The notes under the pieces are model-generated. The model saw nothing but the letters and a program-made list of their open reading frames with translations, was not told the DNA's origin and made no database searches. The translations under genes and the position numbers were made by a program. Of a stretch of DNA of 64,000 nt, positions 22,990 through 37,726 are shown in pieces; position 1 is the stretch's first letter, and each line of letters opens with the position of its first letter. The DNA is from TPA_inf: Saccharomyces (taxonomy: Eukaryota), in NCBI GenBank assembly GCA_000146045.2, contig BK006949.2, forward strand, positions 224,001 to 288,000, written 5' to 3'.

Positions 22990-25900
22990 ATGTCTTCTGG
23001 TTTGGTCTTAGAAAACACGGCACGTAGAGATGCGTTAATCGCCATCGAAAAGAAGTACCAAAAAATATGGGCTGAAGAGCACCAATTTGAAATCGATGCG
23101 CCATCAATCGAAGATGAGCCCATTACAATGGACTCTGAAGAGTTACATCGCACGTATCCTAAATTCATGTCGTCTATGGCCTATCCTTATATGAACGGTG
23201 TTATGCACGCCGGCCATTGTTTTACTCTCTCCAAAGTCGAATTTTCTATTGGTTTTGAAAGGATGAACGGTAAAAGAGCTTTGTTTCCATTGGGTTTTCA
23301 CTGTACAGGTATGCCAATCTTAGCATGTGCCGATAAACTAAAGAGGGAAGCCGAACTTTTTGGCAAGAACTTCGACAATGTACCAGCAGAAGAAGAAGAA
23401 ATTAAAGAAGAAACGCCGGCTGAGAAAGACCACGAGGATGTTACCAAATTCAAAGCTAAAAAATCTAAAGCCGCAGCCAAGAAGGGCCGTGGTAAGTACC
23501 AATTCGAAATCATGTTACAGCTTGGTATCCCTAGAGAAGAAATCATTAAGTTCGCCGACGCCAAGTACTGGTTGACCTATTTCCCACCTTTGTGTGAAAG
23601 TGATTGTACTTCACTTGGGGCTCGTATCGATTGGAGACGTTCTTTTGTCACCACTGATGCCAATCCTTATTACGATGCCTTTATTAGATGGCAAATGAAC
23701 AAGTTAAAGGCTGCTGGTAAAATCAAATTCGGTGAACGTTATACTATTTACTCTGAAAAAGATGGTCAAGCTTGTATGGATCACGATAGACAATCCGGTG
23801 AAGGTGTTACACCACAAGAATATATTGGTGTGAAAATTGAAGCTTTAGAGTTCGCCGATGATGCCGCAAAAATCATTGATTCAAGCTCAGATCTTGACAA
23901 ATCCAAAAAATTCTACTTTGTCGCTGCCACGTTGAGACCGGAAACTATGTATGGACAAACATGTTGTTTTGTTTCTCCAACAATTGAGTATGGTATATTT
24001 GACGCTGGTGATTCTTATTTTATCACTACTGAACGTGCATTCAAGAACATGTCTTACCAAAAGCTAACACCAAAGAGAGGCTTCTACAAGCCGATAGTTA
24101 CTGTCCCAGGTAAGGCATTTATCGGTACCAAGATTCATGCCCCACAATCTGTATATCCAGAACTAAGAATATTGCCTATGGAAACTGTCATTGCTACCAA
24201 GGGTACTGGTGTCGTCACGTGTGTACCATCTAATTCACCAGATGACTACATTACCACCAAGGACTTGTTGCACAAACCTGAATACTACGGCATTAAACCT
24301 GAATGGATTGACCATGAAATTGTTCCAATTATGCATACCGAAAAGTATGGTGATTTAACTGCAAAGGCTATTGTTGAAGAAAAAAAAATTCAATCTCCAA
24401 AGGATAAGAACTTGTTAGCAGAAGCCAAGAAAATTGCTTACAAGGAAGATTACTACACTGGTACCATGATATATGGTCCTTATAAAGGTGAGAAGGTCGA
24501 ACAAGCCAAAAACAAGGTTAAGGCTGATATGATTGCCGCCGGTGAAGCTTTCGTCTACAACGAACCAGAATCTCAGGTCATGTCACGTTCTGGTGATGAC
24601 TGTATCGTTTCTTTGGAAGATCAATGGTACGTTGATTACGGTGAAGAAAGTTGGAAGAAACAAGCAATTGAATGTTTGGAAGGGATGCAATTATTTGCTC
24701 CTGAGGTAAAAAACGCATTTGAAGGTGTTTTGGATTGGTTGAAAAACTGGGCTGTTTGCCGTACATACGGGTTAGGTACCAGATTGCCTTGGGATGAAAA
24801 ATACTTAGTTGAGTCTTTATCAGACTCTACTATTTATCAATCATTTTATACCATTGCTCACTTACTATTTAAGGATTATTATGGTAACGAAATTGGACCA
24901 TTAGGCATTTCAGCTGATCAAATGACAGATGAGGTTTTCGATTACATTTTCCAACATCAGGATGATGTCAAGAACACCAATATTCCTTTGCCTGCTTTAC
25001 AAAAGTTGAGAAGGGAATTTGAGTATTTCTACCCATTAGACGTCTCAATTTCCGGGAAGGATTTGATCCCTAACCATTTAACTTTCTTCATTTACACACA
25101 TGTTGCATTATTCCCAAAGAAATTCTGGCCTAAAGGTATCAGAGCTAACGGTCATTTGATGTTAAACAATTCTAAAATGTCGAAATCTACAGGTAATTTT
25201 ATGACTTTAGAACAAACGGTTGAAAAGTTCGGTGCTGATGCAGCTCGTATTGCGTTTGCCGATGCGGGAGATACTGTTGAAGATGCAAATTTTGACGAAT
25301 CTAACGCTAATGCTGCTATTCTGAGATTATTCAATTTGAAGGAGTGGGCAGAAGAAATTACCAAGGAATCTAACTTGAGAACTGGGGAAATTACAGATTT
25401 CTTTGATATCGCGTTTGAACACGAAATGAATGCTCTGATTGAAAAGACTTATGAACAGTATGCATTGACTAATTATAAGAATGCCTTGAAATACGGTCTT
25501 TTTGATTTCCAAGCTGCTAGGGATTACTATCGTGAAGCTAGTGGTGTAATGCATAAAGATTTAATTGCACGTTATATTGAAACACAAGCCTTATTGCTGG
25601 CTCCAATTGCGCCTCATTTCGCTGAGTATATTTACCGTGAAGTTCTAGGTAACCAAACCTCTGTACAAAATGCCAAATTTCCACGTGCATCCAAACCAGT
25701 AGATAAGGGTGTTCTGGCTGCTTTGGATTACTTGAGAAATCTACAGAGAAGCATAAGAGAAGGCGAAGGGCAAGCACTAAAAAAGAAGAAGGGCAAGTCT
25801 GCTGAAATCGATGCATCCAAACCTGTTAAGTTGACTTTATTGATCTCTGAATCATTTCCAGAATGGCAATCACAATGCGTGGAAATCGTCCGTAAACTAT

Positions 25901-26262
25901 TCAGCGAACAGACTTTAGACGATAACAAAAAGGTCAGAGAGCATATTGAGCCTAAAGAAATGAAGAGAGCTATGCCATTCATTTCTCTATTGAAACAACG
26001 TTTAGCTAATGAAAAGCCAGAGGATGTGTTTGAAAGAGAGTTACAATTCAGCGAAATCGATACTGTCAAGGCTGCTGCAAGGAATGTTAAGAAGGCAGCA
26101 CAAGCTTTGAAAATTGCTGAATTTAGCGCAATTTCTTTCCCATATGGCGCCAAAACCGGTAAGGATATCTTTACTGGTGAAGAAGTTGAAATTCCACCTG
26201 TAACAAAGATTGTTGAAAATGCTGTTCCAGGTAACCCAGGTGTTGTCTTCCAAAATATTTAA
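22990..26262 (+). CDS. CDC60: Cytoplasmic leucyl-tRNA synthetase, a class I aminoacyl-tRNA synthetase, 1090 aa.
   Basis: The class I HIGH-type motif (…HAGHCFT…) and the KMSKS motif (…NNSKMSKSTGNF…) are both present. Length and N-terminus MSSGLVLENTARRDALIAIEKKYQK match CDC60. Confidence 0.92.
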   Translation: MSSGLVLENTARRDALIAIEKKYQKIWAEEHQFEIDAPSIEDEPITMDSEELHRTYPKFMSSMAYPYMNGVMHAGHCFTLSKVEFSIGFERMNGKRALFPLGFHCTGMPILACADKLKREAELFGKNFDNVPAEEEEIKEETPAEKDHEDVTKFKAKKSKAAAKKGRGKYQFEIMLQLGIPREEIIKFADAKYWLTYFPPLCESDCTSLGARIDWRRSFVTTDANPYYDAFIRWQMNKLKAAGKIKFGERYTIYSEKDGQACMDHDRQSGEGVTPQEYIGVKIEALEFADDAAKIIDSSSDLDKSKKFYFVAATLRPETMYGQTCCFVSPTIEYGIFDAGDSYFITTERAFKNMSYQKLTPKRGFYKPIVTVPGKAFIGTKIHAPQSVYPELRILPMETVIATKGTGVVTCVPSNSPDDYITTKDLLHKPEYYGIKPEWIDHEIVPIMHTEKYGDLTAKAIVEEKKIQSPKDKNLLAEAKKIAYKEDYYTGTMIYGPYKGEKVEQAKNKVKADMIAAGEAFVYNEPESQVMSRSGDDCIVSLEDQWYVDYGEESWKKQAIECLEGMQLFAPEVKNAFEGVLDWLKNWAVCRTYGLGTRLPWDEKYLVESLSDSTIYQSFYTIAHLLFKDYYGNEIGPLGISADQMTDEVFDYIFQHQDDVKNTNIPLPALQKLRREFEYFYPLDVSISGKDLIPNHLTFFIYTHVALFPKKFWPKGIRANGHLMLNNSKMSKSTGNFMTLEQTVEKFGADAARIAFADAGDTVEDANFDESNANAAILRLFNLKEWAEEITKESNLRTGEITDFFDIAFEHEMNALIEKTYEQYALTNYKNALKYGLFDFQAARDYYREASGVMHKDLIARYIETQALLLAPIAPHFAEYIYREVLGNQTSVQNAKFPRASKPVDKGVLAALDYLRNLQRSIREGEGQALKKKKGKSAEIDASKPVKLTLLISESFPEWQSQCVEIVRKLFSEQTLDDNKKVREHIEPKEMKRAMPFISLLKQRLANEKPEDVFERELQFSEIDTVKAAARNVKKAAQALKIAEFSAISFPYGAKTGKDIFTGEEVEIPPVTKIVENAVPGNPGVVFQNI

Positions 26263-26906
26263 AGGAGAATATTTCAAGATGCCTCATGGTGATTTTCCGA
26301 TAAAAGATACAAGAAATTCTCATAGAAATACTTATAAAGATCAATAAACAGCAACCAGAAATCACGTCGCATTGATAATTTGCCTCGTATATATCGTATA
26401 ATTATTGTAATTGCACAACTGTTTTTGTTTTGTATTCGTTCATTTTCTTGTAAAATGTTTCCACATTTTCTTGTGGAGGATATGTATATTGATTCTTTAC
26501 TTATTCGTGTTATTTTAGCTGCAAATATCTGGGTTTGAGGGCTATTTGACTAGTCTAGAGAAAAGTAGTCGTGAGAAAACTATATTAGATAGATGGATGA
26601 GAGGAGCAGGTCAATAAGTAAAAGAATAATAAATAAATATATAAAAATATACATGTAAAAAAGGTGTTCTAAATGAATGATAAAGTTTATGAATGTAATA
26701 TACTCTAAGGATGTAAGAAAAAAACCGTTGCGTATGTATAATAAACAGGTCTATGATGTTAAAAGATGAAAAGGCCTAATAAAGTGAACAGAACCGGAAG
26801 AAACTAAAAATAAATAAAACCCAAGTAACCACGTACAAAAAGCACATTGATGCTAAGAAGATCTCCCTGCTAGGAAAACAGAAATCAGAATGAAACGTTT
26901 CAATAA

Positions 26907-27668
26907 TCATCCCTCAAGTTTTTTCTTCATTTGGAGCAACGTCACTACTGACTTTTTTCTCCCCTTTCCTCTTCTCTTTGAAAATTCATCCATTTTCCGC
27001 TGAAGCGTCTCACTTGTTTTATTGTCAACTAATGTATTTCTCTTAGCACTTACATGAATAAGCTCATTTGTGTTCATTGATTTTTCCTTAGGTGGATGAA
27101 AAGGCTTCAAATTTTTCAGTAGTTCACTAGGTATATTCTCCCACTCTGAAAAGAATTCAAGTCCAGTGGCAGAGGAAATCCATGGTGATAGAGGTTCATT
27201 TAAATCTTCAAGCTTCATCGCAAATTCGTATAACGTACTTCCGGTGTCTTCCTTTAGCTTCGGGTCATTGGGATTGATGAATAAGGGTCTATATCCAGAA
27301 TAGAGTACATTTGTGGTCATGTCACTCTGCTTTAAATGTGAGGTGGATGGTACTCTTGGTAGCCACGAAAAATCGCTTCTTTTCTTTTTTAAATGAGAAC
27401 CTCTCACATCGCTATGTTCTTTCTTTGTGATTGTCTTGTTTTGCTTTATAAGTGGTGCAGTATGTTCGTGTTCCGGGGGTTGACGATGGTACGCTGCCTT
27501 TTTACTGCCCTTTTTTCTTTTGGATTTCATTTGATTTTTAGATAGTAAAGACTGGTTACTTAAGAACGTAAAGGAAGACTGAAATCTTCTAGAAGTGAGA
27601 ACTATTCCTGAAGAAATGGCATTGTTCCTTGATAAAGGCGGAATAAATGGACGAGCTAGCTTCAACAT
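26907..27668 (-). CDS. PET20: Mitochondrial protein required for respiratory growth, 253 aa.
   Basis: A basic, mitochondrial-targeting-like N-terminus (MLKLARPFIPPLSRNN…RRFQSS). Length and position fit PET20 (YPL159C). Confidence 0.78.
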   Translation of the reverse strand: MLKLARPFIPPLSRNNAISSGIVLTSRRFQSSFTFLSNQSLLSKNQMKSKRKKGSKKAAYHRQPPEHEHTAPLIKQNKTITKKEHSDVRGSHLKKKRSDFSWLPRVPSTSHLKQSDMTTNVLYSGYRPLFINPNDPKLKEDTGSTLYEFAMKLEDLNEPLSPWISSATGLEFFSEWENIPSELLKNLKPFHPPKEKSMNTNELIHVSAKRNTLVDNKTSETLQRKMDEFSKRRGKGRKKSVVTLLQMKKKLEG

Positions 27669-28033
27669 AGTTTATCGTCCGACTTTGCGTTCTGACCTGC
27701 TGAATATACGATTAGTAGTTTTAAAAGCACCTTTATAATGTTCGACAGCAAGGAGTGCTATATCTAGCGGGTGTTTGTGTACGTATGACGGAATAAGTTA
27801 AAGAAACATCTAAGTTATTTAAATAGTTGCTATAACTACCCTTTGGGATAAACGATTCTGATATTGCGAGCGAAAAAAAGAAACGGTAGACAGAATAGGC
27901 GTTTGTTATCGTCGATGGTGATAAAAGGCGATATCGCCATTAAGGTAAACAATTATTATGATTATGGTTCTTATGGTTGATACGTTGATTTATATTAATA
28001 TTAATGAATGCAAACTTATGTTATTATATATTT

Positions 28034-30346
<2,313 letters not shown>

Positions 30347-30813
30347 TTATTTGAGCACTATTGTTAAGTTAATTGTTCTTGTTTTACTTGTTAAGCCGTT
30401 AAGTTGTCAACCGAATTATCAAGCACTTAAATCTATATATACAACATATTTGTACAAGAATTGATGACCTGCTGAAAGCCCAGCAATCTGGTTATCCCAG
30501 TTGAACATGTTTAAGGATAGGCATATCGACTTCTTTATCTTACTAACCGAAATATTGAATTGCCTGTGTAATGAATGGCTGGAGCAGCCTTTTTTTTATC
30601 TTCGCCAGCCATCGCTTTTTTTGAATATTTTCCACATGAAAACAATGTATGAAAAATTCTAAGGCATCGCACCAAACTATATGAAGGGGAAGTGAGTTAT
30701 TCCGCAAACAGCGAGTAAGTTTTTCGTTGTATTGATTGCCCATATTATATACCGTGTTGTGGGGGCAACAGACAGAAGTAGAAGAAAAAATTTTTGTTGA
30801 TTTAACTGAAGTG

Positions 30814-31761
30814 ATGGGAAGGACATTTATTCATGCTTCGAAAATAAAACATGCGGCACGCAAAAGAAAACATCATTCCAACTTTAGAACTCTGATCAAA
30901 TTATTGAACAATGATGCCTATAAGATAGAATCATCAAAACCGTTGAAAAATGGTAAACTTTTCAAATACTGGAAAAATAGGCGTAGATTGTTTTCAAAGA
31001 TAGATTCGGCGTCGATATATATGACTGATGAGCTGTGGTTCAGTGTGACGCCCGAAAGAATTGCCTGCTTCCTGGCAAATTTTGTTAAGGCATGCATGCC
31101 AAATGCCGAAAGAATACTGGATGTTTTCTGTGGTGGGGGCGGGAACACCATACAATTTGCCATGCAATTTCCTTACGTCTATGGAGTGGACTACAGTATT
31201 GAACACATATATTGTACTGCGAAAAACGCCCAAAGCTACGGTGTGGACGACAGAATATGGCTGAAGCGGGGATCCTGGAAAAAGCTAGTCTCTAAGCAGA
31301 AACTTTCCAAAATAAAGTACGACTGTGTATTTGGATCACCCCCGTGGGGTGGTCCAGAATACTTAAGAAACGATGTGTATGACTTAGAGCAACATCTAAA
31401 GCCTATGGGGATTACCAAGATGTTGAAAAGTTTTCTTAAACTAAGCCCTAATGTGATTATGTTTTTGCCAAGGAACTCTGATTTGAACCAGCTTTCTCGA
31501 GCTACGAGGAAAGTACTAGGTCCATTTGCCAAATGTAAAGTATTATATGTAAAGGAGAATGGATATATGAAAGGAATATTTTGCATGTGGGGGGAATGCT
31601 TTTTTAACTACGAACCAGCAAGTACGGAGAATAGTCGAAGGGAGTCGTCCGAAAAGGAAGAGCTGAGTTCTGAAAACGAAGAGCTCTCGAAAAGAAAAAA
31701 GCATGAATCCACAACAACGACCAAAGATAATACTGTAGACATTTACGACGTAAATGGTTAA
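30814..31761 (+). CDS. TGS1: Trimethylguanosine synthase, the snRNA/snoRNA cap m2,2,7G methyltransferase, 315 aa.
   Basis: A class I SAM-binding motif (…VFCGGGGNTIQFA…) is present. I recall the canonical start as MGRTFIHASKIKHAARKRKHH.... The longest ORF starts 26 codons upstream at 30736. Confidence 0.82.
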   Translation: MGRTFIHASKIKHAARKRKHHSNFRTLIKLLNNDAYKIESSKPLKNGKLFKYWKNRRRLFSKIDSASIYMTDELWFSVTPERIACFLANFVKACMPNAERILDVFCGGGGNTIQFAMQFPYVYGVDYSIEHIYCTAKNAQSYGVDDRIWLKRGSWKKLVSKQKLSKIKYDCVFGSPPWGGPEYLRNDVYDLEQHLKPMGITKMLKSFLKLSPNVIMFLPRNSDLNQLSRATRKVLGPFAKCKVLYVKENGYMKGIFCMWGECFFNYEPASTENSRRESSEKEELSSENEELSKRKKHESTTTTKDNTVDIYDVNG

Positions 31762-31912
31762 ACACTTGTTCAAGTTGAATCGTATGATAGAAAATGCAAT
31801 GACTATGTTATGAATGTATATATAGCACATAAAGAGGATCGCTTACGTGAATTTGGGAATAATTAAAACGTTCTTTTAGCTGCGGCTGCTCGTCGATAGG
31901 AGTGATAACAAA

Positions 31913-32767
31913 TTAAGAATTAGAAGGGATGTCTTTTTTTTCTACCAGCAAGTTGCCACGCGCTTCAGACTTTAGAAGAGGTAGTAGCAATCCCTTCGAA
32001 TGAGGTTCGATTATATCTCTCACCATTCCACGATTTATCACGGAAATACCATTCAAAAATAAATAAGGCGACTGAATGGATTCCAAGGCAGCACTAGTAT
32101 CGATATTTAGTTTATTTTGTTTGATATACTTTTCTAATTCATAGCCATGAGAGTGTTTTTCCAAATCAACAGTGGCCAATTCGGGTGAAATCTCAAATTC
32201 TCTTTGTAATAGATTTTTTAAGAAAATGGAGTCTGCTTGTGATGATTTAATGAATAATACCGCTGGAGAGGTTCTTATTATATCTAGAAAATCTGTTCTA
32301 GGGTCGAATTTTTTGTGATCGCAGTTTTTCTGCAAGGCCAGAGAAGATGACCGTGGATTTAGTGTTGTTGTGGTCGTCGCCGTCACGACATTATCAGTTT
32401 GGAACGATCTTGAAGAAAATTTTGATGTAGCTTTGGATGAGGGTTCTGGGATGTCGACTTCAACCTCGCTTTGAATATTTGAAATTTCTTCTTTGACTTT
32501 TTGGAAATTTAGTTCATTTTCATTACTTAGAAAACTGTCTGCTGTCTTTAATAAGTTTGGCAACTTGTAAACGAACTTCTTTTCACTTTCTTCCTCACTA
32601 TTTTTTTTGTTTTCGCTAGGGTCAGCAGAGTTGTAGAATTCCAAGGAGTCATTCCATGTAAGTAGTAAGAAGCTAAATACGCCAAGCAAAACGAGTGTTA
32701 GCGATATTATTCTCGTACTTCTCTTGATTGCTGTGTGCTTTTTCAAAACTGATGAATCCGCTATCAT
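31913..32767 (-). CDS. PRM4: Pheromone-regulated membrane protein, 284 aa.
   Basis: There is one N-terminal transmembrane segment (…IISLTLVLLGVFSFLLLTW…). Length and position fit PRM4 (YPL156C). Confidence 0.75.
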   Translation of the reverse strand: MIADSSVLKKHTAIKRSTRIISLTLVLLGVFSFLLLTWNDSLEFYNSADPSENKKNSEEESEKKFVYKLPNLLKTADSFLSNENELNFQKVKEEISNIQSEVEVDIPEPSSKATSKFSSRSFQTDNVVTATTTTTLNPRSSSLALQKNCDHKKFDPRTDFLDIIRTSPAVLFIKSSQADSIFLKNLLQREFEISPELATVDLEKHSHGYELEKYIKQNKLNIDTSAALESIQSPYLFLNGISVINRGMVRDIIEPHSKGLLLPLLKSEARGNLLVEKKDIPSNS

Positions 32768-33215
32768 CTTTAACTGTTATTTTCCTTTTTTTAATTGCTC
32801 TTTACTGTTCTTGGAACAAGAGATTATGAAGTCTATAAAAGAACATATATATAAGTATTTAAGAGATAAGCCTGATTCAAAGACGTTTGCAAGTTTCAGT
32901 CACTTGGCCTTAACAATCTTTATATATTAATCCCTTTAGTACCTGCACAATTAAGGCCGAGACAGACTCGAAACAACCCCAAAACTTCTTGATCTTTATT
33001 AGCTGATGCCAAATTTTTTGGTACCACACTGAAACGAACTTCGTAAATCCATTATTTGTGTATTTTCTTAACGAGAAGTGCCTAAAAACTGCCTTTTATG
33101 CGCTGTCTTCTGAGAATAGATCCCGTTCAAGGCAAGCGCCGGGCAAGCGGAGGCGCAGTCTACAGAACAATCCGCACAAGGAAAAAAGCACCCGAGATCT
33201 GGGACCCTCACCTAA

Positions 33216-35336
33216 TCATTTATCGTTATCCACGACAGGGTGCGGTGATTGCTGTGTATTAATGAGTGGTTTCAAAGCCCTATCCCGCAGTCGTTTGGCA
33301 CTCTGCAGGGCCTCAATCATTTTATCCTTCCTCTCGAGCATCTTCTGTAATTCGATCACTTCAGTGCCGTCACACCCAGTTAGCGACATTGCAGTATGAC
33401 CACTTTTTTCTAGCGCCATGATCTTGTCTTCAAGTTTTTGAGTGTATTTCCTATATTGCCTTATTTGTGATTCCAAACCTTGGAACTTTGTTTCCAAAAG
33501 GGTGCCGACCTCAAAGGGAAGCATTTCTACAATTTCCATAATCTCAGAATCTTGCAAATCAACCACATCTTTATCTAGTAGTTTTTCACAATTCTCTAGT
33601 TTATATTTTAATACTCGATTCTCCGCTCTCATTAGAGCCAAATTCGGATCACCATCATTGCCGGTGGCTTTAATGTCTTTATAAGTACTTTCATTGGAAG
33701 ATTTGGTTAAGGGCTCGCCAATGTTTGAACGGTTCTTCAATTCAGAGATCATCCTACGTTGTTCTTCCAATTGGCGTCTCAGTAGCTCAATGGTGCGATC
33801 TTTATCTCCATCGTTATTCCCGTTACTGATGATGGATTTTTTGGATACATGAAGTGCGACGTTTTTCGCTCTTGATGCAAACCTCAGCGTATTCATAGTT
33901 TCCGCTGCCGCATCATTTCTGGTGTCGACTGTACATATCGTTGTCACTATGCTGTCACCGCTTAGTGCCGGCTGCAATAATCTAGTCAATTTAGAATCAC
34001 GATATGGAATGTGGTTGCTTGGGCTAGTGCCGTTATTGGTAGCATTTCCACTACTGCTGCTACTGCCACTTGCAGATGGCGAGGGAATGTTTGAGCCTAC
34101 TGAGTTCATCTTGTCGGCACTGAGTTTGGATATCACAGTCCCCAAAGCAAGTAAGGATTTGTTGATGAATGAACCTTCCTTTCTCCTCTCTTGTTGCCCC
34201 GTAGCCCTTTCCGAACCTGCTAGGTCACACAACGACAATGTACTCGATCTTGAGGTGCCGTTCTTTACGTTAGTACTTGTTAAACGAATCAGTACAATGG
34301 CATGAGATCGTGAGCTTCTTGCATTGTAGTCAGTTTCGCCAATTTTCCTACTTTTGTCACCAACTGCAATCCACCTCAATAATTCTTCACTACTTTCACA
34401 TCTTCTTTCGGTGAGACCGATAACTTTGACCCCATACTGAGAGTCATCTCTGATTTTTAATTCTACGCCCAATCCATTGCTGTTGCTCTTGCTCATATAT
34501 AACCTTGAAGGAGTACTGATTCTACTACCGGATTCTTCTAATCCGCTTTCTAACAGGTCGTAAATCCTTTCATTGTAAATTTCGAGGTACGATATTATAA
34601 CGTCGAACTTTTTATCGCCATTCATTGATTGTTCCATGATATTGGTAAATAAATACGACACAGATAAAGGAATTAGGCCTAGCTCTTGTTCATTTCCGCT
34701 CATTGTAAACGTTTTACCTGACCCGGTCATACCGTACGCAAATATGGTGGCATTAAACCCCATCAATAACTTATCAATCATTGGTTTACTGGTTCTTTCA
34801 TAAACTTCCAAATTAGTGCAATGGGAAGCAAAAACATGATCGAACTTGAACTCTCCAATTTCTTCATGCACTATTGTTTTGTCATTAGTAATAAACCAGG
34901 GGTCTCTAACAAATGTATTGCTACCGTGATGTGAGTTGGATCTTGGTTGAGAGTACCTGGGCGATTTTAGCCCCACATGGTCACGGGAAGTTCCAACGCT
35001 CCGTGGTTTCGGCCGGATGGTCACAGTGATTGACCCAGTATATGTATCGTTTTTTCTCGAGTTGTTGTTAATACTGTCGCTCCGCCTGATCCTTATCCTA
35101 CCTGGGTGAAGGAAGGGATCGGATTTGGCTGATACGGATCTTAGTGGGGAGTTACTTCTAGTGGAAGATGCAGAAATCGACTGAGAACCCGAATTAGAGG
35201 TGCTCCGTATGGAGTTTCTTGTCAGATTAGAAAACGATGAAGTTGATCGTACAGAGGGCGATTGTGGGATATTACTTGAACCAGAACTAGACCTCGTTGA
35301 TGGCCTCCTTAAGCTTGGGCTCATTTTTTGAATCAT
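33216..35336 (-). CDS. KIP2: Kinesin-related motor protein, 706 aa, with a Ser-rich N-terminal extension followed by the motor domain.
   Basis: Kinesin P-loop (…FAYGMTGSGKTFTM…), switch I (…SSRSHAI…) and switch II (…DLAGSE…) are present. The track ORF has one extra Met codon at 35337-35339. I recall the canonical protein beginning MIQKMSPS.... Confidence 0.88.
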   Translation of the reverse strand: MIQKMSPSLRRPSTRSSSGSSNIPQSPSVRSTSSFSNLTRNSIRSTSNSGSQSISASSTRSNSPLRSVSAKSDPFLHPGRIRIRRSDSINNNSRKNDTYTGSITVTIRPKPRSVGTSRDHVGLKSPRYSQPRSNSHHGSNTFVRDPWFITNDKTIVHEEIGEFKFDHVFASHCTNLEVYERTSKPMIDKLLMGFNATIFAYGMTGSGKTFTMSGNEQELGLIPLSVSYLFTNIMEQSMNGDKKFDVIISYLEIYNERIYDLLESGLEESGSRISTPSRLYMSKSNSNGLGVELKIRDDSQYGVKVIGLTERRCESSEELLRWIAVGDKSRKIGETDYNARSSRSHAIVLIRLTSTNVKNGTSRSSTLSLCDLAGSERATGQQERRKEGSFINKSLLALGTVISKLSADKMNSVGSNIPSPSASGSSSSSGNATNNGTSPSNHIPYRDSKLTRLLQPALSGDSIVTTICTVDTRNDAAAETMNTLRFASRAKNVALHVSKKSIISNGNNDGDKDRTIELLRRQLEEQRRMISELKNRSNIGEPLTKSSNESTYKDIKATGNDGDPNLALMRAENRVLKYKLENCEKLLDKDVVDLQDSEIMEIVEMLPFEVGTLLETKFQGLESQIRQYRKYTQKLEDKIMALEKSGHTAMSLTGCDGTEVIELQKMLERKDKMIEALQSAKRLRDRALKPLINTQQSPHPVVDNDK

Positions 35337-35713
35337 CAATGGTGGTATTATGGTAAGAATTTTATCAAGTGTTCTATGTTTGCCTTGATTTCAAATGTTT
35401 CTAGAGCGCAGCCTGTGAATCTCTGCAGCCTATTTCTTTTTATTTTTCGCTTCTGCTTACATTGCTTTATTATCAATTGTTCCGCTATTGGAAAAGGATA
35501 AACAAGGAAATTCTCGAGCCGCATCATCGGGCTACCCGCATATAATGACATTATGGGCAGCAGCATAGAACAATGGATTCTAAAACTGAGGACAAGATGG
35601 TTTGTCTTGTTTTTTTTTTTTAAATATACTATAGTTTTTTTTATTGTTATCTACTTATAAAAGCTCTCTAGATGGCAGAAAAGGATAGGGCGGAGAAGTA
35701 AGAAAAGTTTAGC

Positions 35714-37003
<1,290 letters not shown>

Positions 37004-37726
37004 TTATAGAATTCTAATAGAAAAAACTTTTTATGAATACAGTAGGGTGAGATATACTTTTTGTTATTCTTCCCTTACGTGGTAGGCTTCTCAAATAAAA
37101 ATAGAAAAGACCACTAAAATTTGATTATAAAGGCTTCGCTCAAAAAAGAAGAAGGTGGAATGAATAAATAGCAGCGAATTACCCAAACTTCTTTACTCTG
37201 TTCCCTTAACCAGTTGATAAGAGGTTACGAAGTACGGAAGTATGGCTTTTTATATAAATCCTAAAAAGGGCCGCCTCCGCCCCTTAATCCATCGACACCC
37301 GCAAATGAAATATAGTACCCGGAAGGCATAAGACGGGTTACAGCCTCTCCATAGATTCAATAACCGCTTTTGGTTATAGAAATAATCAGACCTCAGCAAA
37401 TACAATTGAGGAGCTCAAGATATTGAAAACGGATTAACAAACTTTTTAAAATTATTTATGAGCTTGTTGTACCACATCAAGCAGGATTATGTTTTTTTCA
37501 GAACTTCTTTTTCTGATTCAAAAATTCATTAAGCATAACTAAAACTGAAAATCAAAACTTATTAATATACAAAAATCTATATATTTCAAAATGTAAATCG
37601 TATCAAAACGTCACTCTATATGTAATAAAAACCCAAAAAGTTATGAATAGATGAATTCTGAGTATTGGTATCTACCATCTTCTCTCTTAAAAAGGGGCAG
37701 CATTTTCTATGGGTATTTGTCCTTGG

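Noticed and set aside
37240-37330. A GC-rich GGGCCGCCTCCGCCCC plus CCCCT (STRE-like) segment in the PEP4 promoter.
   Set aside because: It is a single STRE pentamer and a GC-rich patch. That is plausible for a starvation-induced gene, but it is too short and too common to call as a feature.
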